From contig JAVCCK010000030.1 of assembly GCA_030765525.1 (NCBI GenBank), positions 12,488 through 76,487 of the forward strand: a stretch of 64,000 nt of DNA, in the 5' to 3' direction. The notes beneath the pieces are model-generated. The model worked only from the letters and a program-made list of their open reading frames with translations. It was not told the origin of the DNA and made no database searches. Position 1 is the first letter of the stretch; each line of letters starts with the position of its first letter. The position numbers and the translations under genes are program-made. Positions 26,011 through 35,133 of this stretch are shown piece after piece. The stretch comes from Candidatus Lernaella stagnicola. GTDB lineage: Bacteria; Lernaellota; Lernaellaia; Lernaellales; Lernaellaceae.

Positions 26011-27965
26011 AGCGCCACCCCCACCAGACGGTAGCAGCGCAGGCAACGGGCCGCTTCGGTTGTGGCGTTGCGCGCGCTCATAACCGCCTCCACCTCGTCG
26101 AAATTCGTGATGCGTGTCTCGACCGGCAGATGGTCGAAGCCCCGTCGGTGCATGCCCTCGGGCAGGTTGATGACCTCGTCGGGATCGTAGGTTTTGACCG
26201 AGGCCAACACTCGCTCCATGCGCTGGTAGTGATCCAAATCCACGATCTCGCCGCGCAGAAACCGGTCGATGCTGATCGCCGCGCGATTGCCCGCCGCCAC
26301 AGCCTCGATCAGCGTCGCGGCGCCGGTGACGCAGTCGCCCCCGGCAAACACGTTGGGCAGCGCCGTCGCCCCGGTGTACTCATCGGCCACGACGGTATTC
26401 CACCGCGTGAATTCCAGGCCCTCCGCTTTGGCCAAAAAACCCAGGTCGGGCGATTGGCCGATGGCGGGGATGACCACGTCCACTTCCATCATGAACTCAC
26501 TGCCTTCCATCGGCACCGGCCGGCGGCGTCCCGACGCGTCGGGTTCGCCCAGTTCCATGCGAATGAGTTCGATCGCGGTAAGCCGGCCCTCGTCGTCGGC
26601 GATAAGCTTGGTTGGGTTGCACAGGAAATTGAACGTGACCCGCTCTTCATGCGCGTCGCGGATCTCCACATCGTCGGCGGGCATTTCTTTTTCGGTGCGA
26701 CGGTAGACGATGTTGACGTCCTCGAAACCCAGCCGCATGGCCGTGCGCACGCAGTCGATCGCCACGTTGCCGCCGCCGACTACGACGATCTTCTTGCCCT
26801 CAGGCGTTTCCTTCCCCTCGGCCACGGCCCGCAGAAAATGCACCCCGTGAATGAAGCCCTTGTAGCCTTCGTCTTCGCCTTCGCACCGCAGTTTGTTGGA
26901 ATGGTGTGCGCCCACGCCGATGAAAACCGCGTCGTAGCCCAGCTTGTGCAGCAAGTCGTCCCACGCGGGTCCGTTTTCGCCGATGCGCTGCTGGTAAAGG
27001 ATATCGACGCCCAATTCCTGAATGAGTTCGACTTCCCGACGCAATACCGCGCGCGGCAGGCGGTAATCCGGAATGCCCACCGCGGCCATGCCGCCGCCTT
27101 CGGCCAGCGCCTCGTAGATCGTCACCGCGTGGCCCATCTGCGCCAGCTTTTCCGAGGCGGCCAACCCGGCGGGACCCGCGCCGAGCACCGCAACCTTCTT
27201 CCCGGTGGGCGGCTGAAGAACGCGTCCGCCCGGCCGGTGGCCGTGCAGCATTTCGTAATCGGAGGCGAAGCGCTTGAGGTCTTTGATTTGAATCGCCTCG
27301 TCCACGTTGGCGCGGCGGCAGTGCGACTCGCAGGGGCGCACGCACACGCGGCCCAGCACGGCGGGCATCACGCAGTTCGCGCGCGCAACGTCGCTGGATT
27401 CCAGGTAGCGCCGCTTCTTGATGTTCTCCACATAGAGGGGAATATCCAGGTGCGCCGGACATGCTTCGGTGCACGGGGCCGCCATGCGGGTGAGTAGTTC
27501 GACCGGTTCGATTCTCCGGCCGGACCCGACGCAGGCATTGAAGGTGTCCGCATAATGTTCCAGCGCCTTGAGCACCGGGCGCGGAACCGTCTGCCCGATC
27601 TGACACTTGGAGGCGTTCGCGACGCTTACCAACACGTCGCGCAATTGCTGCAAGTCCTCGGCGGTGGCGTTGCCCTCGCACAGCTTCTGCAACAATTCGG
27701 CCGCGATGTGCGTGCCTACGCGACAAGGAAAGCACTCGCCGCAACTCGCCTCGCTCTGCGCCGCTTCCATGTACGCGCAGCACAACGCCACCACGTTCAC
27801 CGATTCATCGGCGATGAAAAACCCGTCCCAGCCAATGAACGCTTTGATGTCATCCGGTTCGCGGTAGGTGAACGGCAGTTTGAGGTCGTCGGGCGCCTCG
27901 ACGGGCGCTTTGCCGCGGTGGTCGATCAAGCGATCCGACCAGCAACCGAAAGCTACTTTGCCCAT
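26007..27965 (-). CDS. NuoF-C-terminal 4Fe-4S domain fused to GltD-like NAD(P)H-dependent FAD oxidoreductase (SfrB-like)
   Basis: Start ATG 27965 (MGKVAFG...). NuoF-type SCGECFPCRVGTH. GltD-type Cys clusters (CTEACPAHLDIPLY, CVRPCESHC). Dinucleotide folds VAVLGAGPAGLAAS and VVVVGGGNVAIDC. Translationally coupled to the downstream alpha-like subunit. Confidence 0.85.
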   Translation of the reverse strand: MGKVAFGCWSDRLIDHRGKAPVEAPDDLKLPFTYREPDDIKAFIGWDGFFIADESVNVVALCCAYMEAAQSEASCGECFPCRVGTHIAAELLQKLCEGNATAEDLQQLRDVLVSVANASKCQIGQTVPRPVLKALEHYADTFNACVGSGRRIEPVELLTRMAAPCTEACPAHLDIPLYVENIKKRRYLESSDVARANCVMPAVLGRVCVRPCESHCRRANVDEAIQIKDLKRFASDYEMLHGHRPGGRVLQPPTGKKVAVLGAGPAGLAASEKLAQMGHAVTIYEALAEGGGMAAVGIPDYRLPRAVLRREVELIQELGVDILYQQRIGENGPAWDDLLHKLGYDAVFIGVGAHHSNKLRCEGEDEGYKGFIHGVHFLRAVAEGKETPEGKKIVVVGGGNVAIDCVRTAMRLGFEDVNIVYRRTEKEMPADDVEIRDAHEERVTFNFLCNPTKLIADDEGRLTAIELIRMELGEPDASGRRRPVPMEGSEFMMEVDVVIPAIGQSPDLGFLAKAEGLEFTRWNTVVADEYTGATALPNVFAGGDCVTGAATLIEAVAAGNRAAISIDRFLRGEIVDLDHYQRMERVLASVKTYDPDEVINLPEGMHRRGFDHLPVETRITNFDEVEAVMSARNATTEAARCLRCYRLVGVAL

Positions 27966-28146
27966 GATTCCCCCAGGCTGACGCCGGCGAGCGCATGCCG
28001 GCCCACCGGGTGATCGCTGTACCGACGCCGACGCCGGTGAACTGCCAGGGGCGCGGCGTATGCCGGTCGCGCTTGGGTGTAGCACTCAGGCGGCAAAGCG
28101 TCAAGATATTGCATGGTTTCGCCGCACGACCGAGCGCGGGCGCTAC

Positions 28147-28998
28147 TTAGTAGTTCGTGGTTTGGTCGATCTTGCCGTGGCGCTTGGCGAGTTCTTCAAA
28201 AAAGTCGAAGGCCTTCATACCCCCGGCGGCGGTCACGACGGTCAACGCGAGTAGAACCAGCAGCAACAACTCGGTGGGCAGCCAGGCGAGGTTGGCGTCA
28301 AAACCCGTAACGCCGAACGCGCGGCGGCATCCTTCGATCCAGTACGTGACCGGCGAAAGCAACGCCAGGGGCCACAGGAAACCGGGCAGGAAGGTCGTGG
28401 GATACAACACGCCGCAAAGAAGCATGAACATGCCGCCGACGCCTTCGGCCAACAGCAGCGAATGCCGCGCGGTCACCAGCAGCATGCCGGCGAAAAACAA
28501 ACCGAGCGCCAGCGTGGAAATAACGCCCAGCACCGACGTGATCATCAGCAGCGGCCAGTTGATTTGCGCCAAGCCGATGGGCAGGTCGAGCGTCAGCCGG
28601 CCGACCACCAGCACGATCACCACGCTGGAGAGCGCCACGATCAAGAAGGTCACCGCACGACCCATGATGTTAAGCTTGAAGGGCGCGGGCGCAATGTAGA
28701 CGTAGCGGATCAGTTGATAGTGTTCGCGATCGGAAATCACGGCCCAAGAGAGTGACGAGGCCATCGTGCCGAAAATCGTGAAAAACGCGTTGCCAACGAA
28801 CACGGCGACAAAACGGGGGTCGTCGGCCGGTGTGGCGCTGACCACCTTGAATAAAAAGTAGAGCAGCAAACACAACGCCAGCGGCCGCACCGCCGCATAC
28901 AGCAAGTACAGCGGCCACTTGGTCCAGTTGGATTCGATTTCCCAACCGATCCTCATCGCCGCCCAGAAGGCGCGCAGGTGTTTGGTTTTCACTGCCAT
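28147..28998 (-). CDS. ABC-2 type transporter permease
   Basis: 283 aa with about six TM helices. Overlaps the upstream permease by 10 nt. Confidence 0.75.
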   Translation of the reverse strand: MAVKTKHLRAFWAAMRIGWEIESNWTKWPLYLLYAAVRPLALCLLLYFLFKVVSATPADDPRFVAVFVGNAFFTIFGTMASSLSWAVISDREHYQLIRYVYIAPAPFKLNIMGRAVTFLIVALSSVVIVLVVGRLTLDLPIGLAQINWPLLMITSVLGVISTLALGLFFAGMLLVTARHSLLLAEGVGGMFMLLCGVLYPTTFLPGFLWPLALLSPVTYWIEGCRRAFGVTGFDANLAWLPTELLLLVLLALTVVTAAGGMKAFDFFEELAKRHGKIDQTTNY

Positions 28999-29810
28999 CT
29001 CAGCGTCATCGTCCCGTCGTGTTTGCCCTTGATTTCCAGCGCTTTCATCAGCTTCATCGCGCCGATGGTGAACACGATGGTCATGACCAGCAAAATGGCC
29101 GCTTCCACCGGGGGCGCCAGAAAACCGATTCCCTTCGCGTCGGGAATCATCAATTGGCGCACGCCGTCCAGGCCGACGGTCAGCGGCAGCAGCGCGGCCA
29201 GAGTCAGCAGCACCTTGCCGAACTTATTGACCGGAAAGAACAGCCCGGAGAGAAAATAGACCGGCTCCATCAAAATCATGTTCAGCTTAATGCCCACGCG
29301 CCCCACCATGAAGTAGACGCTGGAAGCCGCCATGCCCATGGAAAACAGCGCCGTGAGAGTCAGCACAAAAATGACCGCCAAAAGCAGCGGCTGCCGCACC
29401 GTGAAATCGACGCCGAAGATCAACACGCCGAACACCAACACGCCCGCCGCCCGCACCGTGCTCATGAACATGCCGCCCAACGCCATGCCCAACAGCAGCC
29501 ACACCGGTTCCATCGGCGAGGCCATGTACAAATCGAGGTTGCCCATCTCCTTCTCCCAGTAAAACTGGGATGCCATCGACCACAATACGCCGAGCCAGAA
29601 GGGGATCATCGCGCCGCCGAGCACCACGATCGCCTCGTAACGACTCGGCGCGCCCAGGCTGCGATAAATGAAGATATAGGCCGCCAGCGCAACGATCGGC
29701 AGCAACACTTCGCCAAGGAGCCATGAGATCTCGCGGTTGGCCCCCACGATGCGCACGTAGGCGCGGGCGCGGATCGCCCGCAGGGCATGCCGTAGTCTAC
29801 TCGTGCTCAT
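28989..29810 (-). CDS. ABC-2 type transporter permease
   Basis: 273 aa with about six TM helices. Overlaps the ATPase gene stop by 14 nt. Confidence 0.75.
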   Translation of the reverse strand: MSTSRLRHALRAIRARAYVRIVGANREISWLLGEVLLPIVALAAYIFIYRSLGAPSRYEAIVVLGGAMIPFWLGVLWSMASQFYWEKEMGNLDLYMASPMEPVWLLLGMALGGMFMSTVRAAGVLVFGVLIFGVDFTVRQPLLLAVIFVLTLTALFSMGMAASSVYFMVGRVGIKLNMILMEPVYFLSGLFFPVNKFGKVLLTLAALLPLTVGLDGVRQLMIPDAKGIGFLAPPVEAAILLVMTIVFTIGAMKLMKALEIKGKHDGTMTLRWQ

Positions 29811-30777
29811 GCAACCGCCGCCCCACGACCTTCAGAAACAGGTCTTCCAAATCGGGTTGGCTTTTAGCGAAGCTCTGCACATGGTAACCCCTTGCCGCGG
29901 CCGCCGCGAAGATGTCGGTCAGCTTCTGGTCGTCGTCGAGCACGAACCGCAATTCGTTGCTCTCGCCGCTCGGACCTTCCTTCAAATACGCGTCGGTAAC
30001 GCCGGGAATGCCGTCGACCAGCGACGTGTCGGTTACCGCGGGAGTCAACTGCAGAATGAACGAACCGCCCTCGCCGACCTTCTTGCGCAACGCGGCGGGC
30101 GTGCCGGTCAACACCAGCTTGCCGTTGTCGATGATGCCGACGCGGTCGCAAAGCTGCTCGGCCTCGGCCATGTAGTGCGTGGTGAGCAGCAGCGTGCGGC
30201 CCGCTTTCTCGGCGACCCATTCACGAATGTACTTGCGCACCTCGCGCGCCACATGCACGTCCAGGCCCAGCGTCGGCTCGTCGAGAAAGAGAATCTGCGG
30301 GTCGGTCACAAAACCGCGGATGATGTTCATCTTCTGCCGCATGCCGGTCGACAAGCGATTGACCTTCGTGCCCGCGTCCTTGGTCAGCCCGAAGCGATCG
30401 AGAAACGCGTCGATGCGCTTTTTGGCGACCGCTCCGGGGATGCCGTAGAATTGGCTGAACATCCAGATGTTTTCCCGCACGGTCAAAATGCCGTATCCGC
30501 TGGTCTCGCCGCCCGAGACCATGTTGATCAGCGGCCGCACGGCGTCGGCGTCCTTCACCACATCATGACCGGCGACAAACGCCTGGCCCGCCGACGGGTA
30601 TAGCAGCGTAACCAGGATCTTGATCAGCGTCGTTTTGCCCGCCCCGTTGGGACCGAGCAGGCCGAACACTTCCCCCGGCGCCACCTGCAAATTGACCTTA
30701 TCAACCGCCGTAAACACGGCGCTTTTTTTCTTCTTGAAAGTGCGAACTAGGTCTTTGGTCTCAATAGCATGCGTCAT
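29797..30777 (-). CDS. ABC transporter ATP-binding protein
   Basis: Start ATG 30777 (MTHAIETKDL). Walker A GLLGPNGAGKTT, signature LSTGMRQK, Walker B ILFLDEPTLGLD, H-loop TTHYM. Confidence 0.9.
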   Translation of the reverse strand: MTHAIETKDLVRTFKKKKSAVFTAVDKVNLQVAPGEVFGLLGPNGAGKTTLIKILVTLLYPSAGQAFVAGHDVVKDADAVRPLINMVSGGETSGYGILTVRENIWMFSQFYGIPGAVAKKRIDAFLDRFGLTKDAGTKVNRLSTGMRQKMNIIRGFVTDPQILFLDEPTLGLDVHVAREVRKYIREWVAEKAGRTLLLTTHYMAEAEQLCDRVGIIDNGKLVLTGTPAALRKKVGEGGSFILQLTPAVTDTSLVDGIPGVTDAYLKEGPSGESNELRFVLDDDQKLTDIFAAAAARGYHVQSFAKSQPDLEDLFLKVVGRRLHEHE

Positions 30778-30952
30778 ATCGGCATCCCTGGCCTGTGGAG
30801 CAGACAAACTAGTGACTCGGCCGAAATGTGTCAAACCAGCCGCGGCGGGGATACGAAGATACGGCTTAAAAAAATGAGGCCGATAAGCGACCGTTTATCC
30901 TGTGTTTACGGCACCGCCGTCTTTTGTCGAGTTTATTTCTGGACAAAAATCG

Positions 30953-30980
30953 TTGACAAGGCCAACACACTGCTTATCTT
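30953..30980 (+). promoter_or_regulatory. possible sigma70-like promoter for the DUF4397 lipoprotein gene
   Basis: TTGACA (30953-30958), a 16-nt spacer, then TATCTT (30975-30980). GGAGGAG lies 5 nt before ATG 31052. Confidence 0.35.
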
Positions 30981-31051
30981 CACGTCGTGACCGAGAAAAA
31001 ATAAAACAACTTAGTGAGAAGTGAAAACTGAACTGTCCGAAGGAGGAGAAA

Positions 31052-31924
31052 ATGAAAAGCTTGACTCGATTCAATTTCTTGTTCGCCATGATGCTCGCCC
31101 TGGTCATGGTCATGGGCGTGTTAGCCGCATGCGATGACGATGACGATGACGATGATGATGATGCCGGCGACGACGACGCCACCGACGACGACACCACCGA
31201 CGACGACGCCACCGACGACGACGCCACCGATGACGACGACGATGATGACGACGACGATGATACGGCTCCCGGTAATGCGCGCATCCGCGCTCTGCACCTA
31301 AGCCCGAACGCGGGCATCGTTGACATTTGGGTCGACAACACCCTCGAATTCGTGGCCGACGTTGACTTCACCGAGGGCTCGACTTACGGCGAAGTGCCCG
31401 CCGGCATGTATACGATTAACATCGTGCCCGACGGCGGCGACCCGGCCACTGATAGCGTGTTCGACATCCCCGTCGATCTCGCGGCCGACACCGATTACAC
31501 CGCCGTGGTGTACGGTGAGATCCCGATCTCCAAAGAAGACAGCGGCCTGGCCGCCTTGCTGATCATCGACGACGCCTCGGCGGCGATGGACCCGGCGAAC
31601 TTCATCCTGTTCGTGGGCCACACGGCTGACGCCGCGATTCTCAATCCGGTAGACGTGTACGCCATCCTCGACGGCAGCGACGATTTGCTGTTGATCGACG
31701 AATTTGCGTACGGCGGCGGTGAGTTCTTCGAACTGGCTCCCGCCAGCTACGACATCGGCTTTGACTTGAACGAAGACCCGTCCGACTACGACGCCGCGTT
31801 CACGACGCCCGATCTGCCCGGCGGCGCGCAGTACAACGTCTTTGCGGTCTACGACGATCCGGACATCTTCCTGATCGCCCAGTTGCCTGACGGCACCACG
31901 GCCCGCATCGACCCCAACATGTAA
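31052..31924 (+). CDS. DUF4397-like lipoprotein with an N-terminal (DDDxx)n tract directly after the lipobox Cys
   Basis: Lipobox GVLAAC, then DDDDDDDDDAGDDDATDDDTTDDDATDDDATDDDDDDDDDDDTAPG. The body matches the DUF4397 pattern (ARIRALHLSPNAGIVDIWVDN..., YTAVVYG, NVFAVYDD). Confidence 0.8.
   Translation: MKSLTRFNFLFAMMLALVMVMGVLAACDDDDDDDDDDAGDDDATDDDTTDDDATDDDATDDDDDDDDDDDTAPGNARIRALHLSPNAGIVDIWVDNTLEFVADVDFTEGSTYGEVPAGMYTINIVPDGGDPATDSVFDIPVDLAADTDYTAVVYGEIPISKEDSGLAALLIIDDASAAMDPANFILFVGHTADAAILNPVDVYAILDGSDDLLLIDEFAYGGGEFFELAPASYDIGFDLNEDPSDYDAAFTTPDLPGGAQYNVFAVYDDPDIFLIAQLPDGTTARIDPNM
31133..31261 (+). repeat. Asp-codon coding repeat
   Basis: GAT/GAC runs with 15-bp GACGACGCCACCGAC units. 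Confidence 0.9.
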
Positions 31925-31949
31925 AACCCACAACAACTAGTCCGCAAAA

Positions 31950-31973
31950 GGCGCCCTTCGGGGCGCCTTTTTT
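31950..31973. terminator. rho-independent terminator between convergent genes
   Basis: AAAAG GCGCCC TTCG GGGCGC CTTTTTT, a perfect 7-bp GC stem with a tetraloop. Confidence 0.8.
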
Positions 31974-31995
31974 ATTGCATTCGTTTGGCGCGCTC

Positions 31996-32424
31996 TCACT
32001 CCGCCATGGCGGCTTCCAGCGTTTCTCTACACTTTTTGAATTTCGCCTTGTCGTCAAAACGGAGCGTGATGGGGCCGGCGATCTGTTCGCCGTCGTGTTC
32101 AATCGTGACTTCGCCGAGGAAAACGCCCGCAGACGCCAAAGCCAGCGCATTCAACGTACTAAGATTGACGATCGACAGGTCAGGCCCCCACGTCATGCCC
32201 CGAATGGCAGAATAGGGTATGCTTCGCGCGCCGCCGTTGTCCCCGCGCCAGAGGATGCCCGACGTGGAGAAGAACACCCGCATGCCCGGCCGTGAATTCC
32301 CGCTGGAGCGATCGTGGTAAACCAGCGTGCAGGTGCATTTCCACACGACGGCCTCCCCTTGGCCGAGCATCGACGGAACGGCCCGGCCAAACGACATCTG
32401 GTCGAAAAAGGCTTTCAATCCCAT
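31996..32424 (-). CDS. hypothetical protein (possible PH/GRAM-like fold)
   Basis: Trimmed to ATG 32424 (MGLKAFFDQMSF...). The upstream 61 codons of the track ORF look non-coding. No motif recognised. Confidence 0.4.
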   Translation of the reverse strand: MGLKAFFDQMSFGRAVPSMLGQGEAVVWKCTCTLVYHDRSSGNSRPGMRVFFSTSGILWRGDNGGARSIPYSAIRGMTWGPDLSIVNLSTLNALALASAGVFLGEVTIEHDGEQIAGPITLRFDDKAKFKKCRETLEAAMAE

Positions 32425-32630
32425 GGTTTCCCCTTCGCCGGTGAACCCGTGTTTCGGCAAGTCGAATTTTGAAGCCCGAACTCCGCAATGAATGGCAACG
32501 GTGGGAGAAATCTTTGGTGCGCTGCGGAGATGTCGTTGATCGTACACTTTACCCAAGCGAAAGGTCAAAGAAACCGATTCGCCCCATGCCCGCGTCGCGC
32601 CCCCCAAAAAAAAGGGGATGGAGATGCCGA

Positions 32631-33467
32631 CTACGCGGAGTCCGCCGTCACGCTGTCGGCCAAGCGCTTGACGATCGCCGCCACCACGCTGCGCGGCGCG
32701 AGGCGCACCGAAAAGGCCAACAGGTTGTTCAAAAAGCCGGGGATGACCGAAAGGCGCCGGTCGAACATGGCGTCCAGACCGATTTGTGCCACGGTGCCGG
32801 CGGACATGCGGAATTTCTTGGACATCGGCCCGGCCTCGCTGACTTCCATCCCGGCCGCGTCGAAAAAGCCGGTGTCGGTCGCGCCGGGCGAAAGCACGGT
32901 GACGCTCACGCCGTAGTCTTCCAACTCTTTGGCCAGCGCCTCGCTAAAGTTGAGCACGTACGCCTTGCTCGCCCCATAGGCGGCGATCCGCGGCATGGGC
33001 TGGTAGGCCGCACCCGAGGCCACGTTGAGAATGTAACCGCGACCGCGCTGCTTCATGTCCTTACCGAACAGACCGCATAAGGTCGTAAGTGCCACAACGT
33101 TGAGCCCGAGCATCTGTTCGACGCGTTGCGGATCCTGTTCCACGTGGTCGCCCCACACGCCGAAGCCCGCATTGTTGACCAACACATCGATGGCGAATCC
33201 GCGCCGCGTGATTTCGTCGTACAGGAACCGGGCCGCTTCGATGCCGGTCAGATCCACCTGGATGGCAACGACTTGCGTGCCGCTTTCGGCGAAGCGATCC
33301 CGAATTTCGTTCATGCGCTCCAGATTGCGGCTGGCCAACACGAGGTCGTAGCCGCGCCGGGCGAGGCGGTCGGCCATTTCGTATCCGATGCCCGAGGTGG
33401 CGCCGGTGATCAACGCGATGGGCCTCGAGGATGAAGTCGGTTCGGTCGTCGCATCAACGTGAGACAT
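32631..33467 (-). CDS. short-chain dehydrogenase/reductase (SDR) family oxidoreductase
   Basis: Trimmed to ATG 33467. Has TGATSGIGYEMA (TGxxxGxG), NNAG, and YGASKAYV (YxxxK). Confidence 0.88.
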   Translation of the reverse strand: MSHVDATTEPTSSSRPIALITGATSGIGYEMADRLARRGYDLVLASRNLERMNEIRDRFAESGTQVVAIQVDLTGIEAARFLYDEITRRGFAIDVLVNNAGFGVWGDHVEQDPQRVEQMLGLNVVALTTLCGLFGKDMKQRGRGYILNVASGAAYQPMPRIAAYGASKAYVLNFSEALAKELEDYGVSVTVLSPGATDTGFFDAAGMEVSEAGPMSKKFRMSAGTVAQIGLDAMFDRRLSVIPGFLNNLLAFSVRLAPRSVVAAIVKRLADSVTADSA

Positions 33468-33600
33468 GCGTTCCTCCCTGCGTGTGAATCTGCTGCCGGT
33501 GGTCGTTGGTAACACGGAATATAAGTCGATTGAAGAGAAAATGCGCGTTTGCGGCGGCTTCGGCTTTGCCCCTACAATCGCCCAAACGCAGGAGAATAGG

Positions 33601-33900
33601 TTGGGCGACAAACAACGACGACGGTTTTGGTGGCGCACTCTGGGGCTGGGTCTGGCGCTGTCGCTCGTCCTGCACGTGATACTTTTCTTTTTGGCCACGG
33701 CGGTTTACCACCATTTCCGGCCCCCCTCAGACCAGTGGGACACGATCGACATCGACCTGACCGAATACACCTACGAAGAACTCATGGACGTAGCGCGGCG
33801 CATCGTCACGCGAGACGAGACGAGCGACCCCACATCCGTGCCCGAGGAGCCGAAGGAAAACGACGAACTCGACGCCGAGTCCTCTCCACCGCCGGATTAA
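33601..33900 (+). CDS. small membrane-anchored acidic protein resembling the N-terminus of the downstream TonB-like protein
   Basis: AGGAG then TTG 33601. TM helix LGLGLALSLVLHVILFFLATAV, then WDTIDIDLTEYTYEEL, parallel to ETIDFDLADMAALE in the next gene. The start is uncertain. Confidence 0.4.
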   Translation: MGDKQRRRFWWRTLGLGLALSLVLHVILFFLATAVYHHFRPPSDQWDTIDIDLTEYTYEELMDVARRIVTRDETSDPTSVPEEPKENDELDAESSPPPD

Positions 33901-34119
33901 CGCGGCATTTCCCCTCTGAACGCCCCGCTCTTCCGTTTTGCAAGAAACCGCCGGTCGGCCGACTTGCGCGGTGGCTATATTTGATTGAACAAGGGCGCGC
34001 CGTGACGGTCTAATCACCGAGGCGGGCCGTTGCTTGGTAAGCGCGCTTGTCGTATACAGGGCTTGGCGCCCATTTGGCGACCGGAAGGAGAGTTGTTGCC
34101 CGAATCCTGGCGCGATCAG

Positions 34120-35049
34120 ATGCGACGATATCGCGACCGTTGGATCGTCGGTGTGGCGGCGGTGCTATCGCTATTGCTGCATGTAGGCCTCGGCTTGCTC
34201 TTTTTCGGCGGCGTGATGGATTTCAACGCTCCCACGGACACATCTGAGACGATCGATTTTGACCTGGCCGACATGGCCGCGCTCGAAGCGGCTCTCAAAG
34301 ACCCCAACAACCCCGACCGCTACCTTTTCCAAAAACCGCCTGCCAACCAGAAAACACCCGACAAAGCGGATGCTTGGGGCTATGAAGACCACGACGCCGG
34401 ACCGCCGAGCCACCTAGCCGACAGGCCTATCAACGAAATCGATCGCGCGCCCGGTCCCCGCGGACCAGGGCGCGGTACGCGACCCGGCGGCGCTTCGGCT
34501 CCGGGCCGCAGAACGCCGTCCATACCCGATATCGGCCAAGGGGTGCCGAACCCCCGTGGTGCGGGCTCGCAAACGGCGGTTTCCTCCCGCACGCCGGGCG
34601 GAAGTCGAACGGGGCCGAAAAGTGTGGACCAACTGCTGGCGCGCACCGGCATGGATGCTCCGGGCGGCGGGGAGGACGGCGTCAATCCGTACAATCCGGA
34701 CGTGGGCGCGCCGGGCAAATCGGTATCGATTTCCACCAAGAAGCTGCGCTACATGGGCTACTTCAGCCACATGCGGGAGAAGATTTACCTCGCGTGGGTG
34801 TATCCGCAGGCCGCGCAGCGTTCCGGTCAGCAAGGCGTGACCTTCATGCGCTTCACTGTGGAACGCTCGGGTAAAATCAGCGACGCCCGCGTGCTGCAAA
34901 GCAGCGGGTTTCGCCTGCTGGACAATTACGCACTTAAGGCCGTGCGCGAATCGGGGTTCAATCCCTTCCCCTCGCACTGGCCCGATGACAAGCTGACTGT
35001 GTCGGCCAGTTTCCATTACCGCCTCATCGGCGCGCGCGCGATTTATTAG
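34120..35049 (+). CDS. TonB-family protein (C-terminal TonB domain)
   Basis: TM anchor IVGVAAVLSLLLHVGLGLLFFGG, a Pro/Gly/Arg-rich linker, and a C-terminal domain YFSHMREKIYLAWVYPQAAQRSGQQGVTFMRFTVERSGKISDARVLQSSGFRLLDNYALKAVRES. The start (34120 versus 34030) is uncertain. Confidence 0.7.
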   Translation: MRRYRDRWIVGVAAVLSLLLHVGLGLLFFGGVMDFNAPTDTSETIDFDLADMAALEAALKDPNNPDRYLFQKPPANQKTPDKADAWGYEDHDAGPPSHLADRPINEIDRAPGPRGPGRGTRPGGASAPGRRTPSIPDIGQGVPNPRGAGSQTAVSSRTPGGSRTGPKSVDQLLARTGMDAPGGGEDGVNPYNPDVGAPGKSVSISTKKLRYMGYFSHMREKIYLAWVYPQAAQRSGQQGVTFMRFTVERSGKISDARVLQSSGFRLLDNYALKAVRESGFNPFPSHWPDDKLTVSASFHYRLIGARAIY

Positions 35050-35133
35050 CGCCGATTCGCTTGACAACAAAAACGCGGTCGGTATGTTCATAAGGCTAAT
35101 TTTGAACATTGTTATCCACCGGGAGGGAAAACC

